Shown piece by piece: positions 32,301 through 45,689 of a stretch of DNA of 64,000 bases. The notes below the pieces were generated by a model, which saw nothing but the letters and a program-made list of their open reading frames with translations, did no database searches and was not told the origin of the DNA. Made by a program: the position numbers and the translations under genes. Each line of letters opens with the position of its first letter. The stretch's first letter is position 1. The DNA is from the human T2T-CHM13v2.0 reference genome, Homo sapiens, in the NCBI RefSeq assembly GCF_009914755.1, contig NC_060932.1. One strand, 5' to 3'.

Positions 32301-34940
32301 CTGCTCTGATCTTAGTTATTTCTTGCCTTCCGCTAGCTTTTGAATTGTGTTTGCTCTTGCTTCTCTAGTTCTTTTAATTGTGATGTTAAGGTTTCAATTT
32401 TAGATCTTTCCTGCTTTATCTTGTGGGCATTTAGTGCTATAAATTTCACTCTACACACTGCTCTAAATATGTCCCAGAGATTCTGGTATGTTGTGTCTTT
32501 GTTCTCGTTGGTTTCAAAGAACATCTTTATTTGTGCCTTCATTTCATTATGTACCCAGTAGTCCTTCAGTAGCAGGTTGTTCAGTTTCTATCTAGTTGAG
32601 TGGTTTTGAGTGAGGTTCTTAATCCTGAGTTCTAATTTGATTACACTGTGGTCTGAGAGACAGTTTGCATTTGCTGCGGAGTGCTTTACTTCCAACTATG
32701 TCGTCAATATTGGAATAAGTGTGATGTGGTGCTGAGAAGAATGTATACTCTGTTGATTTAGGGTGGAGAGTTCTGCAGATGTCTGTTAGGCCCACTTGGT
32801 GCAGAGCTGAGTTCAATTCCTGGATATCCTTGTTAACTTTCTGTCTTGTTGATCTGTCTAATGACAGTGGGGTGTTAAAGTCTCCCATTATTATTGTGTG
32901 GGAGTCTAAGTCTCTCTGTAGGTTTCTAAGGGCTTGCTTTATGAATCTGGTTGCTCCTGTATTGGGTGCATGTATATTTGGGATAGTGAGCTCTTCTTGT
33001 TGAATTGATCCCTTTACCATTATGTAATGGCCTTCTTTGTCTCTTTTGATCTTTGTTGGTTTAAAGTCTCTTTTGTCAGAGACTGGGATTACAAACCCTG
33101 CTTTTTTTTGCTTTCCATTTGCTTGGAAATGGAATCTTCCTCCATCCCTTTATTTTGAGCCTATTTGTATCTCTGCACGTGAGATGGGTCTCCTGAATAC
33201 AGCACACTGATGGGTCTTGACTCTTTATCCAATTTGCCAATCTGTGTTTTTTAATTGGAGCATTTAGTCCATTTACATTTAAGGGTTATATTGTTATGTG
33301 TGAATTTGATCCTGTCATTATGATGTTAGCTGGTTATTTTGCCTGTTAGTTGATGCAGCTTCTTACTAGCATCAATGGTCTTTACATTTTGGCATGTTTT
33401 TGGAGTGGCTGGTACTGGTTGTTCCTTTCCATGTTTAGTGCTTCCTTTGGGAGCTCTTCTAAGGCAGGCCTGGTGGTGACAAAATCTCTCGGCAGTTATT
33501 TGTCTGTAAAGGATTTTATTTCTCCTTCACTTATGAAGCTTAGTTTGTCTTGATATGAAATTCTGGGTTGAAAATTGTTTTCTTTAAGAATGTTGGATAT
33601 TGGCCCCCACTCTCTTCTGGCTTGTAGAGTTTCTGCTGAGAGATCAGCTGTTAGTCTGATGGGCTTGCCTTTGTGGGTAATTCGACCTTTCTCTCTGGCT
33701 GCCCTTAACATTTTTTCCTTCATTTCAACTTTGGTGAATCTGATAATTATGTGTCTTGGAGTTGCTCTTCTGGAGGAGTATCTTTGTGGCGTTCTCTGTA
33801 TTTCCTGAATTTGAATGTTTGCCTGCCTTGCTAGGTTGGGATGTTCTCCTGGATAAAATCCTGAAGAGTGTTATCCAACTTGGTTCCATTCTCTCTGTCA
33901 ATTTCAGGTACACCAATCAGATGTAGATTTGGTGTTTTCACATAGTCCCATATTTCTTGGAGGCTTTGTTCGTTTCTTTTTACTCCTTTTTCTCTAAACT
34001 TCTCTTCTTGCTTCATTTCATTAATTTGATCTTAATCACTGATACCCTTCCTTCCACTTGATCAAATTGGCTACTGAATCTTGTGCATGCCTCACGTAGT
34101 TCTCATGCCATGTTTTTCAGCTCCATCAGGTCATTTAAGGTCTTCTCTACACTGTTTATTCTAGTTAGCCATTCGTCTAATCTTTTTTCAAGGTTTTTAG
34201 CTTCCTTGTGATGAGTTCAGACATCCTCCTTTATTTCAGAGATGTTTGTTATTACCAATCATCTGAAGCCTTCTTCTCTCAACTCGTCAAAGTCATTCTC
34301 CCTCCAGCTTTGTTCTGCTGCTGGCAAGGAGCTGCGTTCCTTTGGAGGAGAAGAGGTGCTCTGATTATTAGAATTTTCAGCTTTTCTGCTCTGGTTTCTC
34401 CCCATCTTTGTGGTTTTATCTACCTTTGGTCTTTGACGATGGTGACGCACGGATGGGGTTTTGGTGTGGATGTCCTTTCTGTTTGTTAATTTTTCTTCTA
34501 ACAGTCAAGACTCTCAGCTGCAGGTCTGTTGGAGTTTGCTTGAGGTCCACTCCAGACCCTGTTTGCCTGTGTTATCACCAGCGGAGGCTGCAGAACAGCA
34601 AATATTGCAGAACAGCAAATGTTGCTGGCTGATCCTTCTTCTGGAAGCTTAGTCTTGGAGGGGCACCCAGCTGTATGAGGTGTCAGTCGGCCACTACTGG
34701 GAGGCATCTCCCAGTTAGGCTACTCGGGGGTCAGGGACCCACTTGAGAAGGCAGTCTGTCCGTTCTCATATCTCAAACTCTGTGCTGGGAGAAGCACTAC
34801 TCTCTTCAAAGCTGTCAGACAGGGGCGTTTAAGTCTGCAGAAGTTTCTGCTGCCTTTTGTTCAGCTTTGCCCTGCCCCTAGAGGTGGAGTCTGCAGAGGC
34901 AGGCAGGCCTCCTTGAGCTGCGGTGGCCTCCACCCAGTTC
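29320..34940 (-). mobile_element. L1PA (approx. L1PA5-6), ~5.6 kb, truncated within the 5'UTR
   Basis: 3'UTR, broken ORF2 (30459-31244 etc.), ORF1 start MGRNQSRKAENS (within 34259-34450), distal 5'UTR; TSD CTCATGTATC (29309-29318) / CTAATGTATC (34941-34950). Confidence 0.97.
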
Positions 34941-35519
34941 CTAATGTATCTGTAAGTAAATTTTTCATATATGTCTTACAGGTCTGAGTCTAATGTTCAG
35001 AATAGAAAGAACTTAATTATTTAATTTTTAGACTTGAGGTTAGCGTACTATTAAACTTTATAGGGTAGCCTATGAAGACTGACAGGGCAAAATGAAAGAA
35101 AAATATTGTAACACATTAGCTTCTGTCCATGCATGTGTCCCTTTTGTTTATAGAGCTAGTACCTGTGGTTCCCGAGGCTGGGCTACTCTGCATCATTTGC
35201 CGACTTGCAGGGATTTTAGCAGCTATTTGATGGATATAGTGAATGTTGGCCATAATGCCATTTGCTCAAAGGTAAACACTTATCTACATAAATTATGTGC
35301 CATTCAGCTTGAATGATAAATTGAGAAAGCAGAAAATGGGTTTTCCATCCTTTCTGCATTCGTTCTGAAATACTGGCTTAAGAGATACAGAGAGAATAAA
35401 TGTGTTCCTTTTATGCAAATACCTTTTAATATTGGCATCTATGTAAATGATGTGTCCTTTTCTACAATAAATATGTAAAAAATTTTCCAAGATAATTAGA
35501 TTTATCTGTATATAATATT

Positions 35520-35770
35520 AAAATTTTTAAATTTATTTTAAACTTTATATATAGTAACATTCATTGTTTTTGGCACACAGGTCTATGAGTTTTGATAAAT
35601 GCATAGTTTGTATAACTACCACTACCAAGATATAATTCCATTATTACTCCCCAATTTCACTTGTGCTGCCCCTTTGCAGTTAACACCTTTCCTGTCTCCA
35701 TCCCAGCAACAACTGTTGTTATCTGTTATCTGTCCTTATAGCTTTGCCCTTCCTGAATCATGTATGCTTC
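35520..35770 (-). mobile_element. Old L1M 3' fragment
   Basis: CACAGGTCTATGAGTTTTGATAAATGCATAG..TAACTACCAC motif. Confidence 0.65.
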
Positions 35771-36829
35771 AAAATGGATGTGTAAAATATGCTAATATAT
35801 TTTAGTCACCATTTCTCATAAAATTTATGTTTTGCCTGCTAGTGACATATAAGGATTCTATTTGAAATTATATGGACTATTTCATCTCTGCTCACTCTCT
35901 GTGGACTAATAGATATTTTCTCAGAGTCAGTAATCTTAAGATCTTTGGTCAAAGCATTGCTATTATGCTGTTCTGTATAAAAGTTTGTGCAGTTAAAAAG
36001 TTAATAGTGATAGAATAGATCACACTTCCTATTTTACATGGCTTTTCAAAACTCAGTCATGCTTTTATGACAGTCTGTACTGAAACTACACCCATTGCTA
36101 TGATTAAGGCCTTTTTATACCTTGCTGTATTCATATATTTAGAATTCTGCCCACTTTCTGTTTCTTTCCCTGTCTCCAAAACAGCATATATGCACTGAAG
36201 AAAGGTAGAAAATATTGATGAGCATAACAGATTTGGGGGAGAGGGGTTTATACTTTAGCTAGTATTAATTCCTGTGCAGTAAGAAATGGTTAACTGTCTG
36301 CTATTGATATTTAGACCTACTTTAGATACCACAATAATCATTTCTGAAAAGCTGTTAGTTTTTCTTTTGCTTAAACATGACCTCTAACTTTATTCTGTTT
36401 TGATCTTTATCATTTGTTTTAAATATCATGTCATATTTATTCTTTGCTTTCTAAGTTTTGCAATGGCCCTTGGCCAAAACCAACAATATTCTTATCTAAC
36501 CTGATCTTATCTATTTGAATTAGTTTAAATGCTCAAAATAGAAAGTTATAAAAATAATTTGTTCCAGAGTTAAAAGGAAATTATTTTGTTTCAGAAAATT
36601 GAGTAGATACAAATAATTGTTTTTTCATGACAATTGTCTTGTAATCTTATGCATAATTTACTCTTAATTCGTTGAAACTTTATTAAGTTAATCTCTGGAG
36701 TCTTGTTCAAGTTAAATCTATATTTTTTGTATAAATGGATAAGGTTCATTTAAAAAAAGTTTCCAGTGACATTGAAATGAACATAAACTGTATTCCAAGT
36801 GTCTTGGATAGAGACTGTTTCAATGAGGA

Positions 36830-36920
36830 GTAATTAATTCATGCATTCATACTATAGTAAACTTTTACTGACTATCATTAATGTACCAGATACAATGTGA
36901 GGTACTGAGTATACAGAAAG
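36830..36920 (-). mobile_element. L2 3' end fragment
   Basis: ATTCATGCATTCA..TTTTACTGA..TGTACCAGATAC. Confidence 0.55.
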
Positions 36921-37046
36921 GAAATTTTATATTTTATAATTACAACTATAAGCCTCAAAAGTGTTTTTTTAAATCCATGTAATCTTTTTTTCCTTCATAA
37001 TCACATCTAAATGATCACGAAGTTCTGTCAATATAACCCTCTAAAT

Positions 37047-37185
37047 CAGTGGTTCTCAACATTGACTACATAAGAAGCTCACCAGGGAGTTTTTAAAAAA
37101 ATATTGATGCCTGGGTTCCACTGCCAGAGACCTGACTTGAAATATGCAGTTGATTCCAATGTGTAGTCAAGAATGAGAATGGTTG
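37047..37185. mobile_element. MER5-type hAT-Charlie MITE
   Basis: CAGTGGTTCTCAA start and TGAGAATGGTTG end; 8-bp flanks CTCTAAAT / CTCTAGAT. Confidence 0.8.
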
Positions 37186-37193
37186 CTCTAGAT

Positions 37194-37525
37194 CAGGAGT
37201 TGGCAACTTTTCCTGTAAGGAATTGGATAGTAAATATCTCAGGCTTTGGAGCCATATGGTCTTTGTTGTTACTATTCAATTATTCCACTGCAGTGGGAAA
37301 GCAGCCATAGACACTATGTAAACAAATGAGTGTGGCTGTGTTCCAATTAAACTTTATTTATGGACACTGAAATTTGAATTTCATTTAATTTTTGTGTGTC
37401 ATAAAATCTTCTTTTGATTATTTTTAACCATTAAAGATGTTAATAACCATTCTTAGATCATGGGCTGTATAAAAAAAAGGCATTAAGTCATATTTAGTCC
37501 ATGGGCCATAGTTTGCCAACCCCTG
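37194..37525 (+). mobile_element. MER58B (hAT-Charlie)
   Basis: TIRs CAGGAGTTGGCAA / TTGCCAACCCCTG; 8-bp TSD CTCTAGAT / CTCTAGAA. Confidence 0.9.
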
Positions 37526-38212
37526 CTCTAGAACAACTTATAAACCTAAGAGTCATATGTGGAATTTTTAGTAAAGTTCCTTGCCTTAACTCTGGAGACT
37601 CTGATTCAGGAGGTCTGTATGTTGTGCAGGCAGGCTTTAATTTCTGTTCTAAAGATTTATTGAATATTTTTTTATTTCCAAATCCCTACCACCATTTCCC
37701 CATTTTAGGTTTTTTTATTACCTTGCACCTGGACTATATTACCATATAGTCCTTTACCTGTATTTTCAGTCCAGATTCTCACTAATCAATCTTCTACACT
37801 GCCACATTTCTTACCTTGCTTTAAACCTTCCAATGGCTTCCACTGCCTAGCAACTCATACAATGGTTTTCATTATCTGGCCTTTTCCTGTGAATTGCCTC
37901 CTCGTGCTCTTGGTTCTTGGTAAAATGGGCTATTTATAGTTCATACCATGCTGTTTCTTGTTTGTATGTTTTGTCTCATATTGGTCCCCCTGTCTGAAAA
38001 GCCCTTTTCTGGTGGCAAATGTCTACTTGTCCTTCAAAATGCAGCAATATTCTCTAGTGCCTCTTTCTTCGTGTCTGGGTTAGATGTGTGGGTCAGATGG
38101 TCCCACTCTGTGTTCCAATAGGCCATTTGTTTACGTTTTGTATAACATATATTACTTGACATTGAAGTAATCTGTTTATAAGTGAATTATTTGACATCAG
38201 AAACCCAGTTCG

Positions 38213-38338
38213 CCCAGGAGGCAGAGGTTGTAGTGAGCCAAGATGCCGAGATCTCGCCACTGCACTCCAGCCTGTGTGACAGAGTGAGACCCAGTCTCAA
38301 AAGAAAAAAAACAAAAACAACAACAACAAAAAACAAAT
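38213..38338 (+). mobile_element. 5'-truncated Alu (3' part of right arm)
   Basis: Perfect 13-bp TSD GAAACCCAGTTCG at 38200-38212 and 38339-38351. Confidence 0.93.
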
Positions 38339-38355
38339 GAAACCCAGTTCGATTT

Positions 38356-38666
<311 letters not shown>

Positions 38667-38769
38667 TGATTTATCTTTATATCATAGCACTTAGTGAAAT
38701 ATTTGATGTATAGTAGGTGCTCAATAAATGCTTATTAACCTGAACCCTGTGGGGAAAAAAAAAAAAAGC

Positions 38770-39270
38770 AGGGCAGGTTCTCATTGTTGCTATTGTACAG
38801 ACAAGATGACTGAGGGTCTGAGGCAGTGAATGACTTTCTTAAGGGCTCTCCCAACAACTAAGTCAGAGAGTAAAAGGCACCTTTCCAGCTCCAGGCCTTC
38901 TTCTTGTTACCCCAGCTGCCTCTCTAGTATGGCTGCAAGTCATCTGTGAGCACTGCAATTATATGTTGTTGTGGACACTGCAAGCACTGCAATTACATGT
39001 ACACTAGAGTTGACAGTCATGAAATCTGGCCTCAAATCTCAGCTTTTCTACTAATTGGGGATATGGGCTCCAGTTTCCTAGTATGTAAAATGAGGAGATT
39101 CAATTAGGTTTTTAAGATTATTTAATTCTTAAAAAAATTAAGTTCTGTCAAATAGTTATTTTTACTTAGTTTTCAAGCCCATTTATTAGAACCCTATTAC
39201 AAAATGAAAGCACAGAAATGTGAACTACTTTGTTCAAAGACTCTCTGCAACCTGGGAGTAGAACTCAGGA
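38770..39270. mobile_element. MIR fragments in both orientations
   Basis: TGTACAGACAAGATGACTGAGG; CAGTTTCCTAGTATGTAAAATGAGG. Confidence 0.6.
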
Positions 39271-39277
39271 ACAAGCC

Positions 39278-39875
39278 TCTATTAGTTTTCTATTGCTGCC
39301 ATGATAAATTACTACAAACGTTGCAGCTTAAAACAATGTAAGTTTATTATCTCACTGTTCTACAAGTTAGAAGTTTCAGTGGCTTAGCTGGCTTCTCTGC
39401 TTAGAGTCTCACAAGGCTAAAATCAAAGTGTCTTATCTGGAGGTTCTGAGGAAGAACTGGTCTTCAGGCTCATCCAAGTTGGAAGAATTCAGTTTCATGT
39501 GCTTGTAGGACTGACGTCCTCATTTCCTTGTTGGCTGTCAGCTGAAGGCTGTTCTCAGCTTCTAGAAGCTACATATTCTTTAGCTTACAATCCCCTTCAC
39601 CCATCTTCAAGTCCAGCACCTAGGGTCTGCTTACTGACCTTCTCTTCTGTTGCTTCTCTTTTGACTCTGTCTGCTTCTTTTGCTTTTAACAATCATGTGA
39701 TTACATTGGGCACACCTGTATAATCCAGGCTTAGCTCCTTCTGTTAAGGTCAGCTGATTAGTAATCTTTATGACATGTCTGCAGTGTCTCTTCATAACAG
39801 TGCCTAGACTACTGTTGATGGAATAACCAGGGGATGGGAATCTTGGGTGACATTTTTAGAATCCTGCCTGCAACA
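39278..39875 (-). mobile_element. MLT1 (MLT1D/E-like) solo LTR
   Basis: ATTAGTTTTCTATTGCTGCC..TTAGAATCCTGCCTGCAACA; TSD AAGCC / AAGCT. Confidence 0.88.
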
Positions 39876-40089
39876 AAGCTCAAATTACTTGATCTTTAAG
39901 GAAAGGTGCTTGCCATTATTACTTATATCCTAATACAAGTTTGACTTTCTTGATATTCAATCATTTTCAACATCTTGCTTATTCAGAAAACTTACTTACA
40001 AATATACCCTCCCAACAAACCTCATATATGTAAGATAATACAAATTTATAATGTATTTTTGATGGTGCAGTTATTAGGGCTATCCATTG

Positions 40090-41500
40090 TTAATTTATCA
40101 CTTATTAAATATTTACTTTGTGTCAGTAATACTAGTTCTCAGTGCTGAAGATAAAATAATGGAAAAGTTGGAAGCTTTACATACAAAGAACACATTCTTT
40201 TACTTCTCACATATTTCTCTAGCACTTATCACGTGTCAAGATTCTTCTATGTTTTGAAAATAGAGTGGCGGAATAAGACATTGTTCTGATGGAGTATACA
40301 GCAAAATAAGAAGTATGAAACCAAACAGATGAGCAAGTGAATGGATAATACATTGGTAGATGGTTATGAGTGTCATGAGGAAAAATAAAGCTGGATAATG
40401 GAATAGAAGGTGATAAGGCAGTGTGTTGGGTGCTGTTGCAGAAGGGATAGTCAGAGAAGGCTCCTTTTAGGTATAAACCTGAGTAAAGTTAGAAAATTCT
40501 AGTTAAGAGGACAGAAAAATAGGATGACAATGACCACACAGTGCAGTAAAGGTTATGAGAGAAGTGAACATACACATAAGAGAATAAAGGCACACAGAGG
40601 GCACATCTAAGCCAGGGGCCAGGAAGCCTGTAGGAGTTAATACCTAAGTCAACACCTGAAAGATGGATATGAATTAGCTACTTGGGTGGAGAAGGAAGGT
40701 GTTGAAAGCCAAATGAGCAGTATTTGGCAAAAGTATATATGTTACAAAAGGCAGAGAGAAAATTATATATGGTTCAGGATGGCTGTGCACGAGTTTGGGG
40801 TGGGGGAGAATGATGGGAGGTGAGGCTAGTGATGTAGGCTAAATCAAATCATAAGGATGGTGTTTGCTGTAATTAGAAGTTTCATACAGAAGACTGCTTG
40901 AAAACATTTTGTGACATGATCAGATTCATAATTTCATAACATCACTAGTAGTGTGAAATATGAATACAAATGGGGCAAGACCAGAAGATGGGAGAAGAAC
41001 TGTAGATGCATTACATGAAGACTATACCAAGGTGGCTCTGGTGAGAATGAAGAGGAGGGGGCAGAATCTAGACACAATAGGAGCATAAAATAAATAGGAT
41101 TTGAAAGTCTTCTGGAGGTAAATGATGAGAGAGGACAGAATCAAGTATCTGCCATGGTTAACTGGGTATAGCAATTCATGGAGATAGGAAATACTGGAGG
41201 AAGAATAGATTTGGGGTAAAAATTGAGGAATTAAGTTTTTGACATATTGAATCTGGATTTTCAAGGCATAGTTAAATGAATATTTTCAACAGGCAATTGG
41301 ATATTCTTGTCTGGAGCTCAGACCGCAGAAATTAGGGGTGGTCATTATATTGACGATAGTTGAAACCGCAGACTGATGTCACCTAGGAAAAAATGTACAT
41401 GATGGGAAGAGAAAATGGGCTTAAGAGAGAAGTGCAAAAAGAGAAACCAAGAAGAAGAGGTAGGTAGTGTCACAGAAGCCAGGGGAATTTCAAGAATTAT
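40090..41500 (-). mobile_element. L2 fragments
   Basis: Purine-rich antisense L2 motifs (GACATGATCAGATT, AGGCAATTGGATAT..TCTGGAGCTCAG). Confidence 0.75.
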
Positions 41501-41739
41501 TTAGTTTTAATACCTTAAAAAGTCTACTACGTCTTCTGAAATAACAAAGTAATTAAACAGCAAAGATCAAGTAATTAAGTTCAAGTAACAAAGAATACTA
41601 ACCTTTCCTGGACTACTCACTCCACTTCCCCCAAATGATGCAGACTAGTGGAAAGTTTTCTAGCACATGAAAAAAACTAACAGTTCAGGAAATTAAAAAT
41701 CATCAAAATGGCCCATGGCTGTTTTCCAAGGATTAATGG

Positions 41740-41902
41740 AAGACCTATTGCATCACAACCAGTTAAGGTATGTGTGAAAAATGAAAATTCCCAGTTTCTA
41801 ACCCAAATCCTATTGAGTGGGAATTTCTGCTGAGAATAAGAAACATACATTTTAAATGTTTCCCAGCTGATTTTTGTGTACATTTTCAATTGAGAGCCAC
41901 TA
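41740..41902. mobile_element. MER5-type hAT MITE
   Basis: CATTTTAAATGTTTCCCAGCTGATT..TTGAGAGCCACT. Confidence 0.65.
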
Positions 41903-42727
41903 GTCTTCAAGAAATGCAATAGCTTTTTAAATGTTGAAAATCTATTCTCAGAGAGTTAGAAAAGCAAAGAAAAAGCATATATTAAGGTTGATTTGAATAA
42001 AATACAAAGTGTTACTACATAGTGGAAACTGCAATTGAGAATTATTAGAAATACTGAAAGGTACCAGTGAAGCATTATGCTTCTGATATATAACAATAAA
42101 CATATAAAATTTATATAATAATACTCCCTCTATGTATTTCTAGAAGAGAAAACATGGCATAGAATTTATCAAAAAGAAAAACTTAGTAGGAAAACAATTT
42201 CCAGTAATCAAAAAATTATTAACTAGAAATATAAAACATCATAGTTTTAGCCTATATTTTAAATGCATTTGTATTGAGTTCAACATACATAAAAGTATGC
42301 TAATCATAAACATACAGCAGGATGAATTGTCACAAAGTGAGCTTAGGACACGGATTAAGAAATAGAATATTATTCACCCTCCAGAAGTCCTATGTTGGCC
42401 TTTCCTTCCCCAGTCACTAGCATCCCTCCTTCCCAAAGGTAGCTACCTTAGTTTACTTTGGCTGTTTTGGAAAGTTATATAAAATGGGATCTTATAGTAT
42501 ACTTTTAAATTGTATATTCCTTTATGCCTGGCCTCTCATATTCAATGTTATGCTTGGGATTTATCTATGTTGTGTGTAACAGTAGTTTATTCATTTTTAC
42601 AGCTGATAGTATTCCTTGTATCAATATACCATAATTTATATACTGTTGATAGACACATGGGCTGTTTCCAGTTTGGGCTATTATGATATGAACATTTAAA
42701 AATATATTTTGATGATTATATTTATAC

Positions 42728-42888
42728 ATTTTTTGTTTTTAAAGATAGAGTCTCACTCTGTTGCTGAGACTCGAATGCAGTGGCATGATCATAGCTCACT
42801 GTAGCCTTGGTTTTCTGAGCTCAAGTGATCCTTCTGCCTCAGCCTCCTAACGTGTTGGGATTATAGGCACAAGCCACTGTGCCTAGCC
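42728..42888 (-). mobile_element. Alu monomer (FLAM/FRAM or recombined AluJ)
   Basis: Single arm: GAGTCTCACTCTGTTG..GGGATTATAGGCACAAGCCACTGTGCC. Confidence 0.85.
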
Positions 42889-43489
42889 AAACATTTTGGT
42901 TGAGTATACACATAGAAGTAGGATTTCTGCATCATAGCAGATACATATGTTTAATTTTAGTAGACACTAACAGTTTTCCAAAGTAGTGGCACCAATTTAC
43001 ATATATTACTTCCACCAGTAATGTATGTGAATTTCAGTTGTTTTGTGTACTTGTCAATATTTAGCATTGTCAGTCTTTTTAGTTTTAGATCTGGAAGGTA
43101 AGTAGTAATATCTTCTTGTGGCTTTCATTTTTATTTACTTTTAGATTTATGAGGTTTATTGGCCATTTGGATATCCTAAATTATAAAGTGCATTGTACAA
43201 ATCTTTTGCCCATTTTTTCTATTGTATTGTTTGCTTTTCTCTTATTAATTTGTAGGATTTCTGTATACATTCTGCACACGTCTTTTGTTGGATATATGTA
43301 TGACAGTGATTTTCTACCACTCATTGGCTTCCATTTTTACTTCCTTAATGGTGTCTTTTAATGAAAAGAAGTCCTTAATTTTAATTAAGCCCAATTTATA
43401 AATTTTTTCCTTTATGGCTACTGCTTTTATAACCAGTTTAAAAGATATTTTTCTACCCTAAAGTCATGAAGATAGATTTTCTAAAACTA

Positions 43490-44227
43490 TGTAATCACCA
43501 AATGGATTCTTCCTGCTTGCTGCACAGGCAAAATCAATTCACTACAACTGTGATATTGCAGTGAAGAAAGAGTTTAATTGACATGAGCCTAGCCATGCAG
43601 GATAACTGGAGTTATTATTCAAAACAGTCTCCCTGAAGGCTCAAAGGTTGGGTTTTTCAAGGATAGTTTGGTGAGCAGGGGGCTAGGGAATGGGGAATGT
43701 GATTAATTAGGTCAAGGATGGGGGTTGAAGTGGGTTCTTCTTGCTGTCTTCAGTTTCTTGGTGGGCTTGCAGAACTAGTTGAGCCAGTTTACCAATCTGG
43801 GTGGTACCAGCAGGTCCATTAGAATACAGGGTCTGAAAAATATCTTATAACACTAATCTTAGGTTTTACAATAGTGATGCTATACATAGGGGCAACTGGG
43901 GAGGTTGGGAATCTTGTGGCCTTTGGCCGCATGACTCCAGGGCCATAATTTCTAATCTGGTGACTAGTTTGTTAGTTTTCCAAAGGTAGTCTTGTTCCCA
44001 GGTAAGGAGGGGGTTTGTTTAGGGAAGGGGCTATTATCATCTTAGTTTCAAAATTAAACTATAAACTAAATTCCTGCTATAGTTAGCTGAGTCTATGTCC
44101 AGGAATTAACAGGGCAGCTTGGAGATTAAAAGCAATATGGGGTCAGTTAGGTCAGATTTCTTTCATTGTCATGATTTTTCTATGTCTGATTTTTCTTACT
44201 GCTATAATTTTTGCAAAGGTAGTTTCA
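43490..44227 (-). mobile_element. LTR8-family ERV1 solo LTR
   Basis: Reverse complement begins TGAAACTACCTTTGCAAAA; TG..CA ends. Confidence 0.85.
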
Positions 44228-44373
44228 ATCATATTCTAGAAGATTGATTTTTATTGCTTTTTCATATTAATCTACACTCTATCTAGAACTGATTTTGTCT
44301 ATAGGATGAAGTAGAGATGAAGATTTGTTTTCATAGGAATATTTAATTGATCCAGTATCATTCACTACCCATT

Positions 44374-45028
44374 TAAAGGAAACTAAAATATTACACTCCA
44401 AAATATACTTCTTTGACATATTTTGAGATGGGTATTCAGAGGACTTGTAGACAGAAATAGTCCTGAAAAGCCGCCTTTTGTGGAGGAGACTTGCATCTGT
44501 AGAGAAAAATCTGCATTGGTGCAATAAATAGCCAGGCTTTTCCGAAGTCACTCCATCCCTTGTCCAGATCTAGGAATGATTAAGTCAACCACAAGCTAAC
44601 ATCTATTCTTTCAGAGGGCAGCTCTGAGATTACCTGAGCTATTTTCATTTGTATAAATGATGAATAAAAGCCTTTGCTTGACATGGTTTCCCTCCTTTAC
44701 TATCCCATAACCTGTGATGCCACCTCTGCCAGAGCCCAGAGAAACTTGATCTCAGGCCATTGTTCTTTGGACTCATTCATTTCCCATGAAAATCATTTAC
44801 TGTTCCTCAAAAGAATTGTCTACATTCCCTATTTCCCGCTACCCTATGAAGGATATATAAGCTTCTGCATTCCACTGGGTTATTGGGTAATTATCCTCCT
44901 GCAATTTTCCTATGCTCTGCATGTTAAAATTAAGTTTGTGTGCCTTTTCTTGTATTAATTTATCTTTGTCCGTTGATTTTCAGCAAACCTTTAGAGGGCA
45001 AGGGGTAAGTTTTTCCTTGGCCCCTGCA
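44374..45028 (+). mobile_element. MER39/MER34-group ERV1 solo LTR (MER39B-like)
   Basis: CCAAAATATACTTCTTTGACATATTTTGAGATGG..CAGCAAACCTT..CCCCTGCA; 4-bp TSD CATT. Confidence 0.85.
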
Positions 45029-45689
45029 CATTCTCCATTGCACTACAGTGCCATCTTTGACAAATCAAGTGGTTATGTGTATATGGATCTGTTTCTCTCT
45101 TCTCTATTTTGTTCCACTGATCTATTTTTTAACTACTTGAATGGGAGATAACCTGGGAATATTGGGTGTTCTAGACTTTTAAAAAACTACCCTATTTTAA
45201 TTACTGTAGCTTTATAATAACTCTTGATATCTTATAGTATAAGTCCTTCAACTTTGTTTTTCTTCTTCAAGATTAGCTTCTTATTCTTGATCCTTGGCAC
45301 TTCTATAAAAATTTTAGAATCAGTTCAATAATTTTCATAAGCTGTCTTGTTGGATTTTGAATTGACTTTGTATTTAATCTATAGGTAAATTTGTAGATAA
45401 TTAATATTTTTTATAATATTTCATCTTCCAATCCATGAACAGGTTATATCATTTATTCCATTGATTGGAGTATTGAAGTCTTCCTTAATTTCCCTTAGCA
45501 ATACTTTATATCTTTCTGTGAAAAAGCTTTTTTTTTTTTACATCTTTCATGAGATTTATCTCTAGGTACTTTATGTTTTTAATGCTAATGTAAATTGTAT
45601 CATTAAAACATTTTTATTTTCTAATTCTTTACTGTTGATATATTTGACAAGATGTTCCTTTTTATATGTTGCTTCACTGTCCATGAATC

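Larger units (their letters stand above)
42255..45650 (-). mobile_element. L1ME-like 3' portion split by an Alu monomer and two ERV1 LTRs
   Basis: GATGAATTGTCACAAAGTGA..; ORF2-like TTACTGTAGCTTTATAATAA; sequence resumes colinearly after each insert. Confidence 0.8.
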
